A DNA stretch of 64,000 bases from Octopus vulgaris (Eukaryota), in NCBI GenBank assembly GCA_951406725.2, contig OX597842.1:20212001-20276000 (forward strand). The letters run 5' to 3'. This document shows, piece after piece, positions 1 through 12,126 of the stretch (position 1 is the first letter of the stretch; each line of letters begins with the position of its first letter). The notes beneath the pieces are model-generated. The model worked only from the letters and a program-made list of their open reading frames with translations, was not told the DNA's origin and searched no databases. Position numbers and translations under genes: made by a program.

Positions 1-540
1 TGAAATCGTCACAGATAGAGCTTTTCGGAGTGACCCTGCAGCCGACACTCTGGAGCAGGAGTGAAGAACATCTCTTCCGAGAGGTTACTTTGTTGTTTAT
101 TGAAATTACACTTGCGCTCCATACTTTCTTTAACAGGTGAAAAACGGTCCTTGCCTTACTTATTCTCACCTTAATATCTTCATCGGTGACACCTGAAAAC
201 GTTATCTTACTACCTGAATACATAAACTTGGCTACATCCTTCAGTTCACCGGTTTCTAGTTGAATACATTCAATGTTTACTACATTAACGTGCATAATTT
301 TTGATTTGAGGTTGACTTTCAATCCTAGTTTGGCAGCTATTGCTTCTAATTTTGACATTTTATTTTGCATTTGGCTATGTTTGTGAAAGCAGCGCTATAT
401 CATCTGCAAAGTCGAGATCTTCTACAGCTTCTAAATCCGTCCATTCAATGACTGTTTGGCTTTCAATCGTAGTTTCCTTCATGATCCAATCTATGACTAA
501 TAGAAATAAAACGGGAGAAAGTATACAGCCCTGTCCTATT
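1..540 (-). mobile_element. RTE-clade LINE RT fragment in gene A intron
   Basis: Near-identical to 6415-6950 and 45055-45590, which encode QGCILSP...LDFADD motifs on the minus strand. Confidence 0.8.
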
Positions 541-658
541 AAATCTAAATAATTAGTTAATAAATTATATGAATTGGTATTATCTGGAAGTTGATGATTG
601 AAAGGAATCTATTCATCCATTTTCTTATTTTGTGTGTATATGTATATATATATATGTG

Positions 659-722
<64 letters not shown>

Positions 723-959
723 AAAGAGTATTTGCCAACATAATGTGGCAGTCTTGGTTAGGACGAATGATACCGTAAATTTAGTCTCAGGAAACATCAT
801 CTCCGGCTGGTGATACAGCACACTATCTGCATACCAATGGTCTCTGTGTTATTTCCCTTCATCAGCACAGAATAACTGCTCGGCTAGAGATGACTCCACT
901 AAACTCTTGTCCAAAATATATACTTTCCAAAGTGACACACAGTCACTGATCTAAAAAAT

Positions 960-1335
960 AGAAAATTATTTCTAAATCTCTGAACAAAAGACATTGAGTA
1001 ACAGTACTCTAGGTTAAAGATTATTTGCCAACATAATGTGGCAGTCCTGGTTAGGACGATTGTTACTGTTCTTTAGCCCTAGGAAACATCGTCTCCAGCT
1101 GGCTATATGACGCACTAGCTGCATCCTTATATTTTCAAACAAGGAAGTTTAGCATCCCATAGGACATAGATAATGTGTCATATACCCAGCTGGAGGCAGT
1201 GTTTCCTAGGGCTAGATAACAGTAACAATCATCCTAACTAGGACTGCCATATTATGTTGGCAAATAATCCTTACTCTCGAGTAATGTTACTGAATGTTTC
1301 TCATTCAGTGACTTAGAAATAATAATTTTCTATTT
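960..1335. repeat. Long imperfect palindrome (fold-back), repeated at about 8630-9005 and 42835-43205
   Basis: attatttgccaacataatgtggcagtcctggttagga...cagctgg is mirrored by ccagctgg...tcctaactaggactgccatattatgttggcaaataat. Confidence 0.8.
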
Positions 1336-1521
1336 ACATATATATATACATTTATATAAACAATGGGCTTCTTTCAGTTTCCATCTATCAAATACACTCA
1401 CAGGGCTTTGGTCGGCCTGAGGCTATGGTGGAAGACACTTGCCCAAGGTGTCATGCAGTGGAACTGAACCCGGAACAATGTGATTGGTAAACAAGCTACC
1501 CACCACACAGCCACTCGTGAA

Positions 1522-1576
<55 letters not shown>

Positions 1577-1839
1577 AATGGGCTTCGCTCAGTTTCCATC
1601 TATCAAATCCACTAACAAGGCTTTGAAACACGCAAGTGTGTATGTATATACATATATACACACACACATATACATACACACACACACACACATACATACA
1701 ATGGGCTTCTTTCAGTTTCCATCTAGCAAATCCACACAGGCTGTAGTAGAAGACACTTTCTCAAGGTGCTGTGTAGTGGGACTGAACCCGGGATCGTATG
1801 ATTTGGAAGCAAACTTCTTAACTGATTTCTTTATTTCAG

Positions 1840-2088
1840 GAATTGCTCTGCTCAATGGATGTCTCACCCTTTCAATAACAATACCTAATATGAAACGACC
1901 GGTGGTTTGGAAATGCGGCAATTATAAATATGAATGTGACAGGACATGCGCTGATGGCCCTGACTATAAAGTGACACAGGATGGAAATACCTCCACGCTT
2001 TGGATCAGAAAAGTAACTAAGGAATGTTCAACTTGGAAATTTGATGATGGCAACCTTAATGTTGGAAAAATTGATTTGGAGATAAAGA
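1840..2088 (+). CDS. Gene A internal exon: Ig-like domain A1 (upstream exons lie before the window)
   Basis: Acceptor ttatttcAG|G at 1838-1840 and donor A|GTAAGA at 2089; 249 nt, phase 1-1. Translation GIALLNGCLTLSITIPNMKRPVVWKCGNYKYECDRTCADGPDYKVTQDGNTSTLWIRKVTKECSTWKFDDGNLNVGKIDLEIK. Same length and splice sites as three paralogous exons. Confidence 0.88.
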
Positions 2089-2107
2089 GTAAGAAATGAT
2101 TTATAAT

Positions 2108-2620
2108 AATTTCTTTATTAACCACAGAGGGCTAACACAAAGGAAAACATTCAGGAGGGTTCAGCGTGGGTTTTAGCATGTAAAAAGTCATACAAAGAAT
2201 AAAAGAAATTCAAAGTAAGATCTCTGATAGTGGGGGGACTGTCAAGGGCTACGCGTTACGAAAGCCCAGTAAATCCAATGTCTCCCTGACCAACAGGGTG
2301 GATGCCCTCTCTCGGTCTTTCCTCTGCAATATACAGGTACACTCTGAGAGAAGGCCCATTCACTCAGGTAATGCTCACCTCTCTCACCCACCTTTCAACA
2401 AACTGCTTGGAAGCCAGCACTTACCTCTCCACCCTGATTTTGCTCTTCAAGTGAAACCTGAATAAGTTTATTAGGGTTTTGACAAAATGGCAGTTGCTGG
2501 TCTTCAGCCCTTTCAGACTTGTCCACTGTATGATCCCCTTTGCCATGGGGCCCGAGCAGATAAAAACTGGTTGCCCTTCCTGGTTGAGGGAAAGTAGAGG
2601 GGCCATCTTCACAATGGACT
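2108..2620 (-). mobile_element. Tx1/L1-like LINE 3' end just downstream of each Ig exon (other copies about 9541-10060, 43768-44275, 46306-46825)
   Basis: Minus-strand LINLFRFHLKSKIRVER...FVERW followed by a 3' UTR ending cctctgtggttAATAAAgaaat. Family assigned from motif recall. Confidence 0.55.
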
Positions 2621-2724
2621 CAGCTGATAGTTGTATATAATAAGGGTTTCTTTTATTTGCCACAAGGGCAAAGGATGAGGGGGTCAATACCAAGGTGTGT
2701 GTGTGGGGGGGTTATATTCTTTTT

Positions 2725-3113
2725 CTCTTTTTACTTGTTTCAGTCATTTGACTGTGGCCATGCTGGAGCACCGCCTTTTGTCGATCAAATCGACGCTAGG
2801 ATTTATTCTTTGTAAGCCTAGTACTTATTCTATCGGTTCTCTTTTGCCGAACTGCTAAGTAATAGGGACGTAGACACACCAGCATCAGTTGTCAAGCGAT
2901 ATTTGGAGGACAAACAGACACACAAACACACATATATATATACATATATACGACGGGCTTCTTTCAGTTTCTGTCTACCAAATCCACTCACAAGGCTTTG
3001 GTCGGCCCGAGGCTATAGTAAAAGACACTTGCCCAACATGCCACACAGTGAGACTGAACCCGGAACCATGTGGTTCGTAAGCAAGCTACTTACCACACAG
3101 CCACTTCTGCGCC
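2725..3113 (-). mobile_element. tRNA-derived SINE family A (CORE-like central motif); more copies near 10160, 15174, 16880, 20155, 20688, 22090, 26765, 29701, 39048, 46920, 61088
   Basis: Sense head aggcgcaggagTGGCTGTGTGG...GGTTCAGTCCC (A/B-box-like), then gcaccttgggcaagtg, internal (TA/TG)n and an AAAGAGT-type tail. Confidence 0.85.
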
Positions 3114-3924
3114 TATTGATAACTCTTACTATAACTTTGTAAGTAGGGTTTGCAATTATTAAAATTTTTAAACTAAAGATTGGGGTGACTGGATGTCAAA
3201 AAAATACCAAATACCAAACTTCCAGTTTCTGCTTTCTAGTAAACATTGCAGAAAAGTTTCCATAACAAATTTAAAACTGAAAAGCCCAGGTCCAGGGTAT
3301 GCCATGGACTACCGATACACCACTTCAGATCCCTGTAATATCTATTGGATAGGTTGTGCCCCTGATTTTTATCTAAATTTTTGGTGAAAAAAAGTGAGAC
3401 CTATTTGTGAGTATGGATGGTACATCTACCAAAGATGAAGTAACCCCGATCGCCAAGAAAGGAGCTGTAACACCATACATTCTTCCCTTTGATTTTCTGT
3501 GCCTTTCTAGTCTGTGTAAGTTTGCTCTGTTAATATTTAATTCAGATTTCTGATGCTTGAATATTCTCCGTCTGAAATTTTTCAGTCTTTGCTTCCTCTC
3601 TATTAACGTGTACGCATGGATGTATATCTAACCCACTCAGTTTTATTTGTTTATTTACATCGTTATCTCCATATCTGCCCACCTGGATTCCCCTTATAGC
3701 CACTCTTTACCCCATGGACTTTGTTCTTGGTAAAGATTTCAGAGTGTAGGGTCATTTGAGTAGGGCTAAGTGTTTTCAATACAGACTGTCCCAGAATTAA
3801 TTATCTATTTCAGTGAAATTGGACCCTTTTTTTTTAAAGGTCCTTTTTGTTTCTGCTTCACATATTTAATATATGTTAATTGATTAAATTTTTAATTTTG
3901 TTTATAATTTTATTTTCGACACGC

Positions 3925-4764
3925 GTGACACTTGTGAAGACCTGTTGAGGCAAGTGAAAATCAAACCAAATCAAAATAGATGAACATCAATGGAATTTGT
4001 ATCTTTGTGGTTCCAGTACCGGTGGCACACAAGAAAACCATCCGATCGTGGCCGTTCGCCAGCCACATCTGGCACCTGTGTCGGTGGCACATAAAGACAC
4101 CATCCGAAGACCCGGCGACGTAGACAGTCCACCTGTGCATACCTTCCTTCTTGTGACACTTGTGAAGACCTGTTGAGGCAAGTGAAAATCAAAAAAAAAA
4201 TCAAATCAAAACAAATCAAAATAGATGAACATAAATGGAATTTGTATCTTTGTGGTACCAGTGCCGGTGGCACACAAGAAAATCATCCGAACGTGGCCGT
4301 AGCCAGTACCGCATAGACTGGCCTCCGTGCTTTGGGGACGTAACAAACACCATCCGATCGTGGCCGTCCGCCAGCCTCATCTGGCACCTGTGTCGGTGGC
4401 ACATAAAAACACCATCCGAGCGTGGCCGTCTGCCAGCCTCGTCTGGCACCTGCCAGCCTCATCTGGCACCTGTGTCGGTGGCACATAAAAACACCATCCG
4501 AGCGTGGCCGTCTGCCAGCCTCGTCTGGCACCTGTGTCGGTGGCACATAAAAACACCATCCGAGCGTGGCCGTTCGCCAGCCTCGTCTGGCACCTGTGTC
4601 GGTGGCACATAAAATCACCCACTACACTCTCGGAGTGGTTGGCGTTAGGAAGGGCATCCAGCTGTAGAAACACTGCCAGATCTGACTGGCCTGGTGCAGC
4701 CTTCGGGCTCCCCAGACCCCAGTTGAACCGTCCAACCCATGCTAGCATGGAAAACGGACGCTAA

Positions 4765-4795
<31 letters not shown>
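3925..4795 (+). mobile_element. SINE-like family C with (TGA)n tail and internal tandem repeats; copies near 7435, 27750, 31890, 36350, 37318, 50390, 54268, 59148
   Basis: Shared aggaagggcatccagctgtagaaac...ccaacccatgctagcatggaaa..g(atg)n; variable number of internal ccatccga(g/t)cgtggccg...ggcac units. Confidence 0.8.
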
Positions 4796-4797
<2 letters not shown>

Positions 4798-5690
4798 CTT
4801 TATCTGTCCATGACAACTTTTTTCAATACGATTGCAATTAATTTCTTTCCCACAATGCCCCAGATGGAGCAATCTTTTAGCTGAACTTAAAGAATGCATT
4901 CAGTTAGCAGTGCAGAAGATAAACTCCTCAAATACTTCCAAATGTGTTTCACAAGTCTACAGATACATTTGAAATATCCAGGGGGCCGATGGAGCACATT
5001 TTGAAAATTCTCAATAAAGTTTTGATGAAAGATTTATAAATTACACGTCACCGGCACAGGTGCCTTTTACTAATTACCGACACTGGCCACATCCTTGATT
5101 TCCATTAGCTTGACATATCTTATGAAGAAGAGCAAATCCCCAGGAATTGCAGTCACTTATCAATACATGTCAGCCTCAACATCCAAAGCCCTCATGTTCC
5201 ACCGTTTTGTCCTGCACCTTCCAGGGTCCACCTCTTCCACAGATTGCCTCCGCAGCTAGAGATCAGCACTTCTTTACATAGCAGTCCTTGTCTGTTCATT
5301 TTTAGAATGACATTGTAAGACAGGTGTAAAAGGCTGACCCATTACCAGTTTAAACACGAAACAGGTAGAATCTTTGTGCCAGGTATGGCTACTTTAACTT
5401 CGTTAGCAATCAGTTTATTCCGTTTAATGTAATGCTCATTTAGCCTTGGTTTTCGAATTAATCATTCATTTTCTTGTAGTTTTGACATTTTGATGATGTG
5501 GTTGTTTATTTTTAGACTGACATTGTTGGGTAGGTGTGGGGGGCTGGACCCGGCCACTTAGAACATAAAACAGATATTGCTGGTTTAATCATTTAGCAAT
5601 CAAATTACTGTGAAATATAATGTTCATTTATTCACATTATTTTGAAATATTTCATCTTAAAATCAAAATTTTTGTTTTCATCTTTTACAG

Positions 5691-5729
5691 GTTTCTCAAG
5701 TGATAGCATTTATAAGATCTACCAAAGTG
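5691..5729 (+). CDS. Gene A 39-nt microexon (linker/A-strand)
   Basis: tttgttttcatcttttacAG|GTTTC...CAAAGTG|GTAAAT; phase 1-1, (S)FSSDSIYKIYQS(G). Homologous to the microexons at 41477 and 44322. Confidence 0.82.
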
Positions 5730-5749
5730 GTAAATATATTCTTCTTTCC

Positions 5750-7430
5750 TACCTTTGACCCTCCAACGTGGAGTATAGGCCACTCATAATTGACTTCCAT
5801 GTTTCATAATTTTTCACTTCTGTACTTATACTCTGCCATGAATGTCCCCCTTTCTCTAGTTCCTTTTGTGTTGATCTACGCCACGAGTTCTTAGGCCTAC
5901 CTTTCTTTTTACATCCAACCGGTTTCCACTTTAAACACTTTACGCTACATTTAGTGTGTCTTTTCTAATCGTGCTACCTATCCACTTCCACTCTTTCTTA
6001 AATATTTGCTCCCTAATCGAAACTTGATTTGTTCTTTACCATAGTTCCATATTGCGTATGTGTTCGGGCCATCTAATTTTAAGTATACTACGCAAGTATC
6101 TGTTGATGAATGGTTGTATTTGCTTATTTGACTTAACTTTTGTTCGCCATGTCTCAGCCCCATACAAGAACATCGCTTTAACATTAGTGTTAAAAAATCT
6201 TAAGTTAATATTTTGGCTCAAAAAGCAAAAGCAAAAGGCCATGTAGGGGGACATGGAGTTATGTACAGGGTGGTGTTCATGCAAAGAGTTCAGGCCATTT
6301 GTGGTCGAGGGAGACTTTGGACCGACCGGTCGTCGGCATCTTCACTATCTCGTCCGGCAGCTTATTCCACGGATCTGCAACCTTGACAGAGAAGGCCCCT
6401 CTCCTTCGATTGAGATGAAATCATCACAGACAGAGCTTTTTGGAGTGACTCCGAGCTGACGCTCTGGAGCAGGAGTTAAGAACAGCTCTTTCGACAGGTT
6501 ATTTTGTTGTTTATTGAAATTACACTTGCGCTCCATACTTTCTTTAACTGGTGAAAAACGGTCCTTGCCTTACTTATTCTCACCTTAATATCTTCGTCGG
6601 TGCCACCTGAAAACGTTATCTTACTACCTGAATACATAAACTCGGCTACATCCTCTAGTTCACCAGTTTCTAGTTTAATACATTTGATGTTTACTTCATT
6701 AACGTGCATAATTATTGATTTGAGGTTGACTTTCAATCCTAGTTTGGAAGCTATTGCTTCTAATTTTGACATTTTATTTTGCATTTGGCTATGTTTGTGA
6801 AAGCAGCGCTATATCATCTGCAAAGTCGAGATCTTCTACAGCTTCCACACCCGTCCATTCAATGCTTGTTTGGCTTTCAATCGTAGTTTCCTTCATAATC
6901 CAATCTATGACTAATAGAAATAAAACGGGAGAAAGTATACAGCCCTGTCGAACTCCTGTTTTTATATCGAATTTATCCGTAGCTCCGTTTCCTTGCAAGA
7001 CTCGGCATGACATTCCTTGGTAAGTTGCTCTTATTATAGATATGTACTTGTCTGGTATGCCATAGTGCTGCATAATTTTCAATAAGCCTTCCCTATCTAC
7101 ACTATCGAATGCTTTTTCGAATTCAATAAATCGGTGCATTCCACTCTGCGCTTTGCTCTACGATGATACAAAGAGTGGCGATTTGATCTCTTCCTAAATC
7201 CAGCTTCTTCTTTACACAATAATTTGTCAACTGCTGTCCTCATCATCTCTAAAAGTATTCTGTTAAAATCTTTTCCGGGAGCTGATAATAGCATAATCCG
7301 TTTATAATTTCCGCAAAAGCTTAAATCTCCTTTTTTGGCAATTTCACAATGAGTCCCTCTTTCCAGTCATTAGGCACATTTTCTTCCTGCCCTATCTTAG
7401 AAAATAATGGATGAAACATTTCTACTGCTA
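5750..7430 (-). mobile_element. Degenerate RTE (BovB-like) LINE with a nested CR1-like 3' fragment at about 6200-6480
   Basis: ORFs read FEKAFDSVDR, GVRQGCILSPVLFLLVIDWIM, LDFADD, DIKVRISKAR, LYGAETW. The nested piece has the (R)VADPWNKLP motif typical of CR1 ORF2 ends. Confidence 0.85.
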
Positions 7431-7589
7431 TTTCATCATCATCATCATCATCATCGTTTAACGTCCGCTTTCCATGCTAGCACGGGTTGGACGGTTCGAC
7501 CGGGGTCTGGGTAAGCCAGGAGGCTGCACCAGGCTCCTGCCTGATCTGGCAGTGTTTCTACAGCTGGATGCCCTTCCTAATGCCACTGC

Positions 7590-7845
7590 ACCTTCTTTTA
7601 ATTGGTAAGCTCCCAGACAAACTGAAAGAAGGAATAATATGCTGTATTCATAAAGGAGGAAGCAGGGCAGGTGCTAAAAATTATAGGCCTGTCTCTCTGA
7701 CCTCAGACATCAGCAAAGTCATGGAATGAATAGTCTGCAAGAAACTAATCATGTTCCATGAAGAAAATTACTTGCTGACTGATACCTAGCATGGATTCCG
7801 GCCAGGTAGAAGCTGCCTCTTACAATATTATGACTGGGTGTTAAG
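7590..7845 (+). mobile_element. CR1/L2-type LINE RT fragment
   Basis: LPDKLKEGIICCIHKGGSR...NYRPVSLTSDISKVME. Confidence 0.75.
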
Positions 7846-7937
7846 TATTTTGTTATTTTGTCCCTTGCTTATCTCTTGTGTGTTTATATATTTATAACTT
7901 GCCAGTGATGCCCTGCACTTAATATATATATATATAC

Positions 7938-7979
<42 letters not shown>

Positions 7980-8007
7980 TCAAAATAAGCAACAAGAATA
8001 ACTCCGG

Positions 8008-8101
8008 TAATTTGGTACGATCGTTTCGTACTACATCACTTTATTAAATGTTGTAAGTATTACAACAGATTTAAGAATGCTGAGTACTCATCAGCCAATT
8101 A
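8008..8101 (-). ncRNA. Minimal type I hammerhead ribozyme motif, inverted partner copy
   Basis: Reverse complement reads taattgg-CTGATGA-gtact...agtac-GAAAC-gatc-GTA-ccaaatta. Confidence 0.7.
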
Positions 8102-8168
8102 TAGAGGCTTTCTTCTCTATCATGTTGCCACTCGACATGAAAATTTTTGTATTAATGGAAAACCTCTA

Positions 8169-8260
8169 TAATTGGCTGATGAGTGCTCAGTATTTTAAAA
8201 CTGTTGTAATACTTACAACATTTAATAAAATGATGTAGTACGAAACGATCGTACAAATTA
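8169..8260 (+). ncRNA. Minimal type I hammerhead ribozyme motif (Penelope-type)
   Basis: taattgg-CTGATGA-gtgct...agtac-GAAAC-gatc-GTA-caaatta: core boxes, stem II, palindromic stem III loop, stem I pairing. Confidence 0.65.
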
Positions 8261-9272
8261 CCGGAGTAATTCTTGTTGCTTATTTTCATTATAATCACCC
8301 CACGGATTTCTATGGATAACACCATACAAAATTCTGGTGCATCTAAATTAAGTACCATTTTCATTTGAACTCATATATATATATATATATAAAGTAAAGA
8401 TTATTTGCTAACATAATGTGGCAGTCCTGGTTAGGACGAATGGTACTGTTATTTAGTCTCAGGAAACATCATCTCCAGCTGGTTATACAGCACATTATCT
8501 GCATACCAATGGTCTCTGGGTTATTTCCCTTCATCAGCACCGAATAACTGCTCGTCTAGAGATTACTCCACTAAACTCTTGTCCAAAATATATACTTTTC
8601 AAAGTGACACACAGTCACTGATCTAACAAATAGAAAATTATTTCTAAATCTCTGAACAAAAGACATTGAGTAACAGTACTCTAGGGTAAAGATTATTTGC
8701 CAACATAATATTGCAGTCCTGGTTAGGACGATTGTTACTGTTCTTTAGCCCTAGGAAACGTCGCCTCCAGCTGGCTATATGACGCACTAGCTGCATCCTT
8801 ATATTTTCAAACAAGGGAGTTTAGCATCCCATAGGACATAGATAATGTGTCATATACCCAGCTGGAGGCAGTGTTTCCTAGGGCTAAATAGCAGTAACAA
8901 TCACCCTAACTAGGACTGCCATATTATGTTGGCAAATAATCTTTACTCTCGATTAATGTTACTGAATGTTTCTCATTCAGGGACTTAGAAATAATAATTT
9001 TCTATTTACATATATATAAACAATGGGCTTCTTTCAGTTTCCATCTATCAAATACACTCACAAGGCTTTGAAAGACACAAGTGTGTATGTATATATATAT
9101 ATACACACACATACACACAATTATACATAGAATGGGCTTCTTTCAATTTCCATCTTGAAAATCCACTCACAAGGCTGATGCTGTAGTAGAAGACACTTTC
9201 CCAAGGTGCTGTGTAGTGGGACTGAACCCAGGACCATATGATTTGGAAGCAAACTTGATTTCTTTATTTCAG

Positions 9273-9521
9273 GAACTGCTGAGCTCTATAGAGATCTCAA
9301 CCTTAAGATATATATACCACACATGAAACGACCGGTGGCTTGGATTTGCCAAGATAATAGATATGAATGTGACAGGACATGCGCTGATGGCCCTGACTAT
9401 AAAGTAACACATTTTGGAGGTATCTCCAAGCTTTGGATCAGAAAAGTAACTAAGGAATGTTTGACTTGGAGATTTGAAGACGACAACCTTAAAGTTGGAA
9501 GAATTGATTTGGAGATAAAGA
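9273..9521 (+). CDS. Gene A exon: Ig-like domain A2
   Basis: tttatttcAG|GA at 9271-9274 and donor A|GTAAGG at 9522; 249 nt. GTAELYRDLNLKIYIPHMKRPVAWICQDNRYECDRTCADGPDYKVTHFGGISKLWIRKVTKECLTWRFEDDNLKVGRIDLEIK. Confidence 0.88.
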
Positions 9522-10635
9522 GTAAGGAAATGATTTATAATAATTTCTTTATTAACCACAGAGGGCTAACACAAAGCAAAACATTCGGGAGGGTCCAGTG
9601 TGGGTTTTAGCATGTAAAAAGTCATACAAAGAATAAAAGAAATTCAAAGTAAGATCCCTGATAGTGGGGGGACTTTCAAGGGCCACACGTAAAGAAAGCC
9701 CACAAAATCCAAGGTCTCCCTGACCACCAGGGTGGATACTCTCTCCCAGTCTTTCCTCTCCAATATACAGGTACACTCTGAGAGAAGACCCATTCTCTCA
9801 GGTAATGCTCACCCCTCTCACCCACCTTTCAACAAACTGCTTGGAAGCCAGTACTTACCTCTCCACCCTGATTTTCCTCTTCAAGTGAAACCTGAAAAAG
9901 CTTATTAGGGTTTTGAAAAAATGCCAATTGCTGGTATTCAGCCCTTTCAGACATGTCCACTGTATGATCCCCTTTTGCCATGGGCCCCGAGCAGATAAAA
10001 ACTGGTTGCCCTTCCTGGTTGAAGGAAAGTAGAGGGGCCATCTTCACAATGGACTCAGCTGATAGTTGTATATAATAAGGGTTTCTTTTATTTGCCACAA
10101 GGGCAAAGGATGAGGGGGTCAATACCAAGGTGTGTGTGTGGGGGGGTTATATTCTCTTTCTCTTTTTACTTGTTTCAGTCATTTGACTGTGGCCATGCTG
10201 GAGCACCGCCTTTTGTCGATCAAATCGACTCTAGGATTTATTCTTTGTAAGCCTAGTACTTATTCTATCGGTTCTCTTGCTGAACTGCTAAGTGACGGGG
10301 ACATAGACACCCCAGCATCAGTTGTCAAGCAATGCTAGGGGGACAAACAGACACACAAACACACATATATATATACATATATACGACGGGCTTCTTTCAG
10401 TATCCGTCTACCAAATCCACTCACAAGGCTTTATATAACCAAGCTCATGTGTGCAACATAGTGTTACTGGAAATTTTGATGGGGACTTTTCCTTTAGATC
10501 ACTTTGAAATGGAATTTGTATAACAGAAACAAAAGTATTTTTTAATAGTTTAGTATGAAAATGGTCAAACTTGGGAGATATTACTATTTTTATTAAAAAG
10601 CAAAAGGTATATATTTTATTGTTTGTCAATTACAG

Positions 10636-10760
10636 ATCCGTAACCTGAACCTAATGGACTAACTACACTCGAGATTGTCGGAATCATTTTTGGCTCACTC
10701 TTCCTTGCTGCAATCCTTGTTGGACTCGCTTTGTTCGGCTACAAATATTTTAAGAAATAA
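10636..10760 (+). CDS. Gene A terminal TM exon with early in-frame TAA at 10641-10643 (secreted form or pseudogenised)
   Basis: Acceptor caattacAG|AT CCG TAA. The frame then continues PEPNGLTTLEIVGIIFGSLFLAAILVGLALFGYKYFKK* (TAA 10758-10760). The paralogous codon in gene B is AAA. Confidence 0.78.
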
Positions 10761-11765
10761 ACATTTGTATAAGAACGCTACAATTTGTGTTTTTTTATCT
10801 ATATTTATCCTCTAAAAGGAAAAAATAATTCTATTTATCAGATTAAGACTTTCACTGACTGCATTGGCATAGTTGGTTTTTTAAATAAATTATATCCATA
10901 TTTTAGCAATATTTCTTCCAAAACTCTGCTCCGTCTTTTACTGGGAATTTAAAAATCTTAAAAGCTATTAACTGTATATTTATCAATTTAGGACAACAAC
11001 TAATTTCATTTATATAATTAACAGACAAAACTACATCAATACACTAAACTTGAAATCAATAAATTTGAAACCGAAGGAGCTGAAGGGAAAAACACAAACA
11101 GAAAAGGTCCACTTTTTAAAAAATTATGTCCAGAAAAAGTGAGCGGTAGCAGATTCAGCATGGAAAATTACATGAATATTCCAAATTTGAAAATTTTGAC
11201 TGAATCTTAGAATGCAAAAGAATGTGTATGTGTGTGTGTGGTGTCCCACCAACATGTGCTATTCCAATATAATTGCAATCTACACTTTCTTAAAGGTATT
11301 TCTCAAAATTTTCATTTAAAAATACCCATTTTTCCAGAAGTTATGAAGAAACAAAGTCGGTGGGGTACATTTGCATATGTATACCCATTGCTTTAGCATA
11401 AATATCTTCAATTATAATCAAAGGGTCACTGCTTCCGTAGCCAACGAGAACAAAATCCTTAAGCATAGGAAATGAAGTGTGACCCATTTCTTCCACCTGT
11501 GACATTTGCCACAGTGAAGTTCTTACCATTGTTGGCGCCTTGCCTTACAGAATGCGTTCGGTGATCCCTATAAGGGTACTTGCTGCACCTCCTGTTTGTG
11601 TTTCTTTTGGTTTAGGATTTGTATTTTAATGTGGTATTGTATTATACGTGTATCATGTAAAGACATGTTATATAAGATAAAAACAACAGAAAAATAAGCA
11701 AACAAAATCAAAATATTTATTTATTAAAAAAAATAAAGACTCTTTACAGAATTTGCAAGAAAAAT

Positions 11766-11960
11766 ACGAGATGGTATCAAAAAGTTCTCGGACAAGCTAT
11801 GTTTCATAAAAATTACTAATTTACCAAAGTTTTAACAACATCTCCTGTGAAATACTCACCTTTCACAGCAATACACTGGCCCCACAATTCCTACTGCTTC
11901 GGGAATCTGGCCTGGAAGATGTTTTCTTTAAGCAAGTCAAGGACCTTTTGCGATTTTATT
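11766..11960 (+). mobile_element. Tc1/mariner-like terminal fragment (paralogue at about 48841-49030)
   Basis: Begins TA-CGAGATGGTATCAAAAAGT, resembling mariner TIRs. Confidence 0.4.
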
Positions 11961-12126
11961 TCCTTTTCTGTATAATTGTTTATTTATTTTTATATCTGAA
12001 ACGCTGATTATTTCTTGCATAAAATTATAAGTTATTATCAAGTGTCCAACTTTTTTTGTGTTATTGGATGGTTGTGAATGCCATAAAAGGTGCAAAATCT
12101 TTCCTTTCAGGTTCACAGTGAACTGT

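Noticed and set aside
1578-1839. N-terminal extensions of ORFs 1578-2099, 43241-43759 and 45975-46298
   Set aside because: Upstream parts are antisense SINE and microsatellite; only the AG/GT-bounded 249-nt segments are conserved exons.
11341-11529. Identical 62-aa ORF here and at 48417-48605
   Set aside because: Identity reflects the recent segmental duplication; no recognisable domain or splice support.
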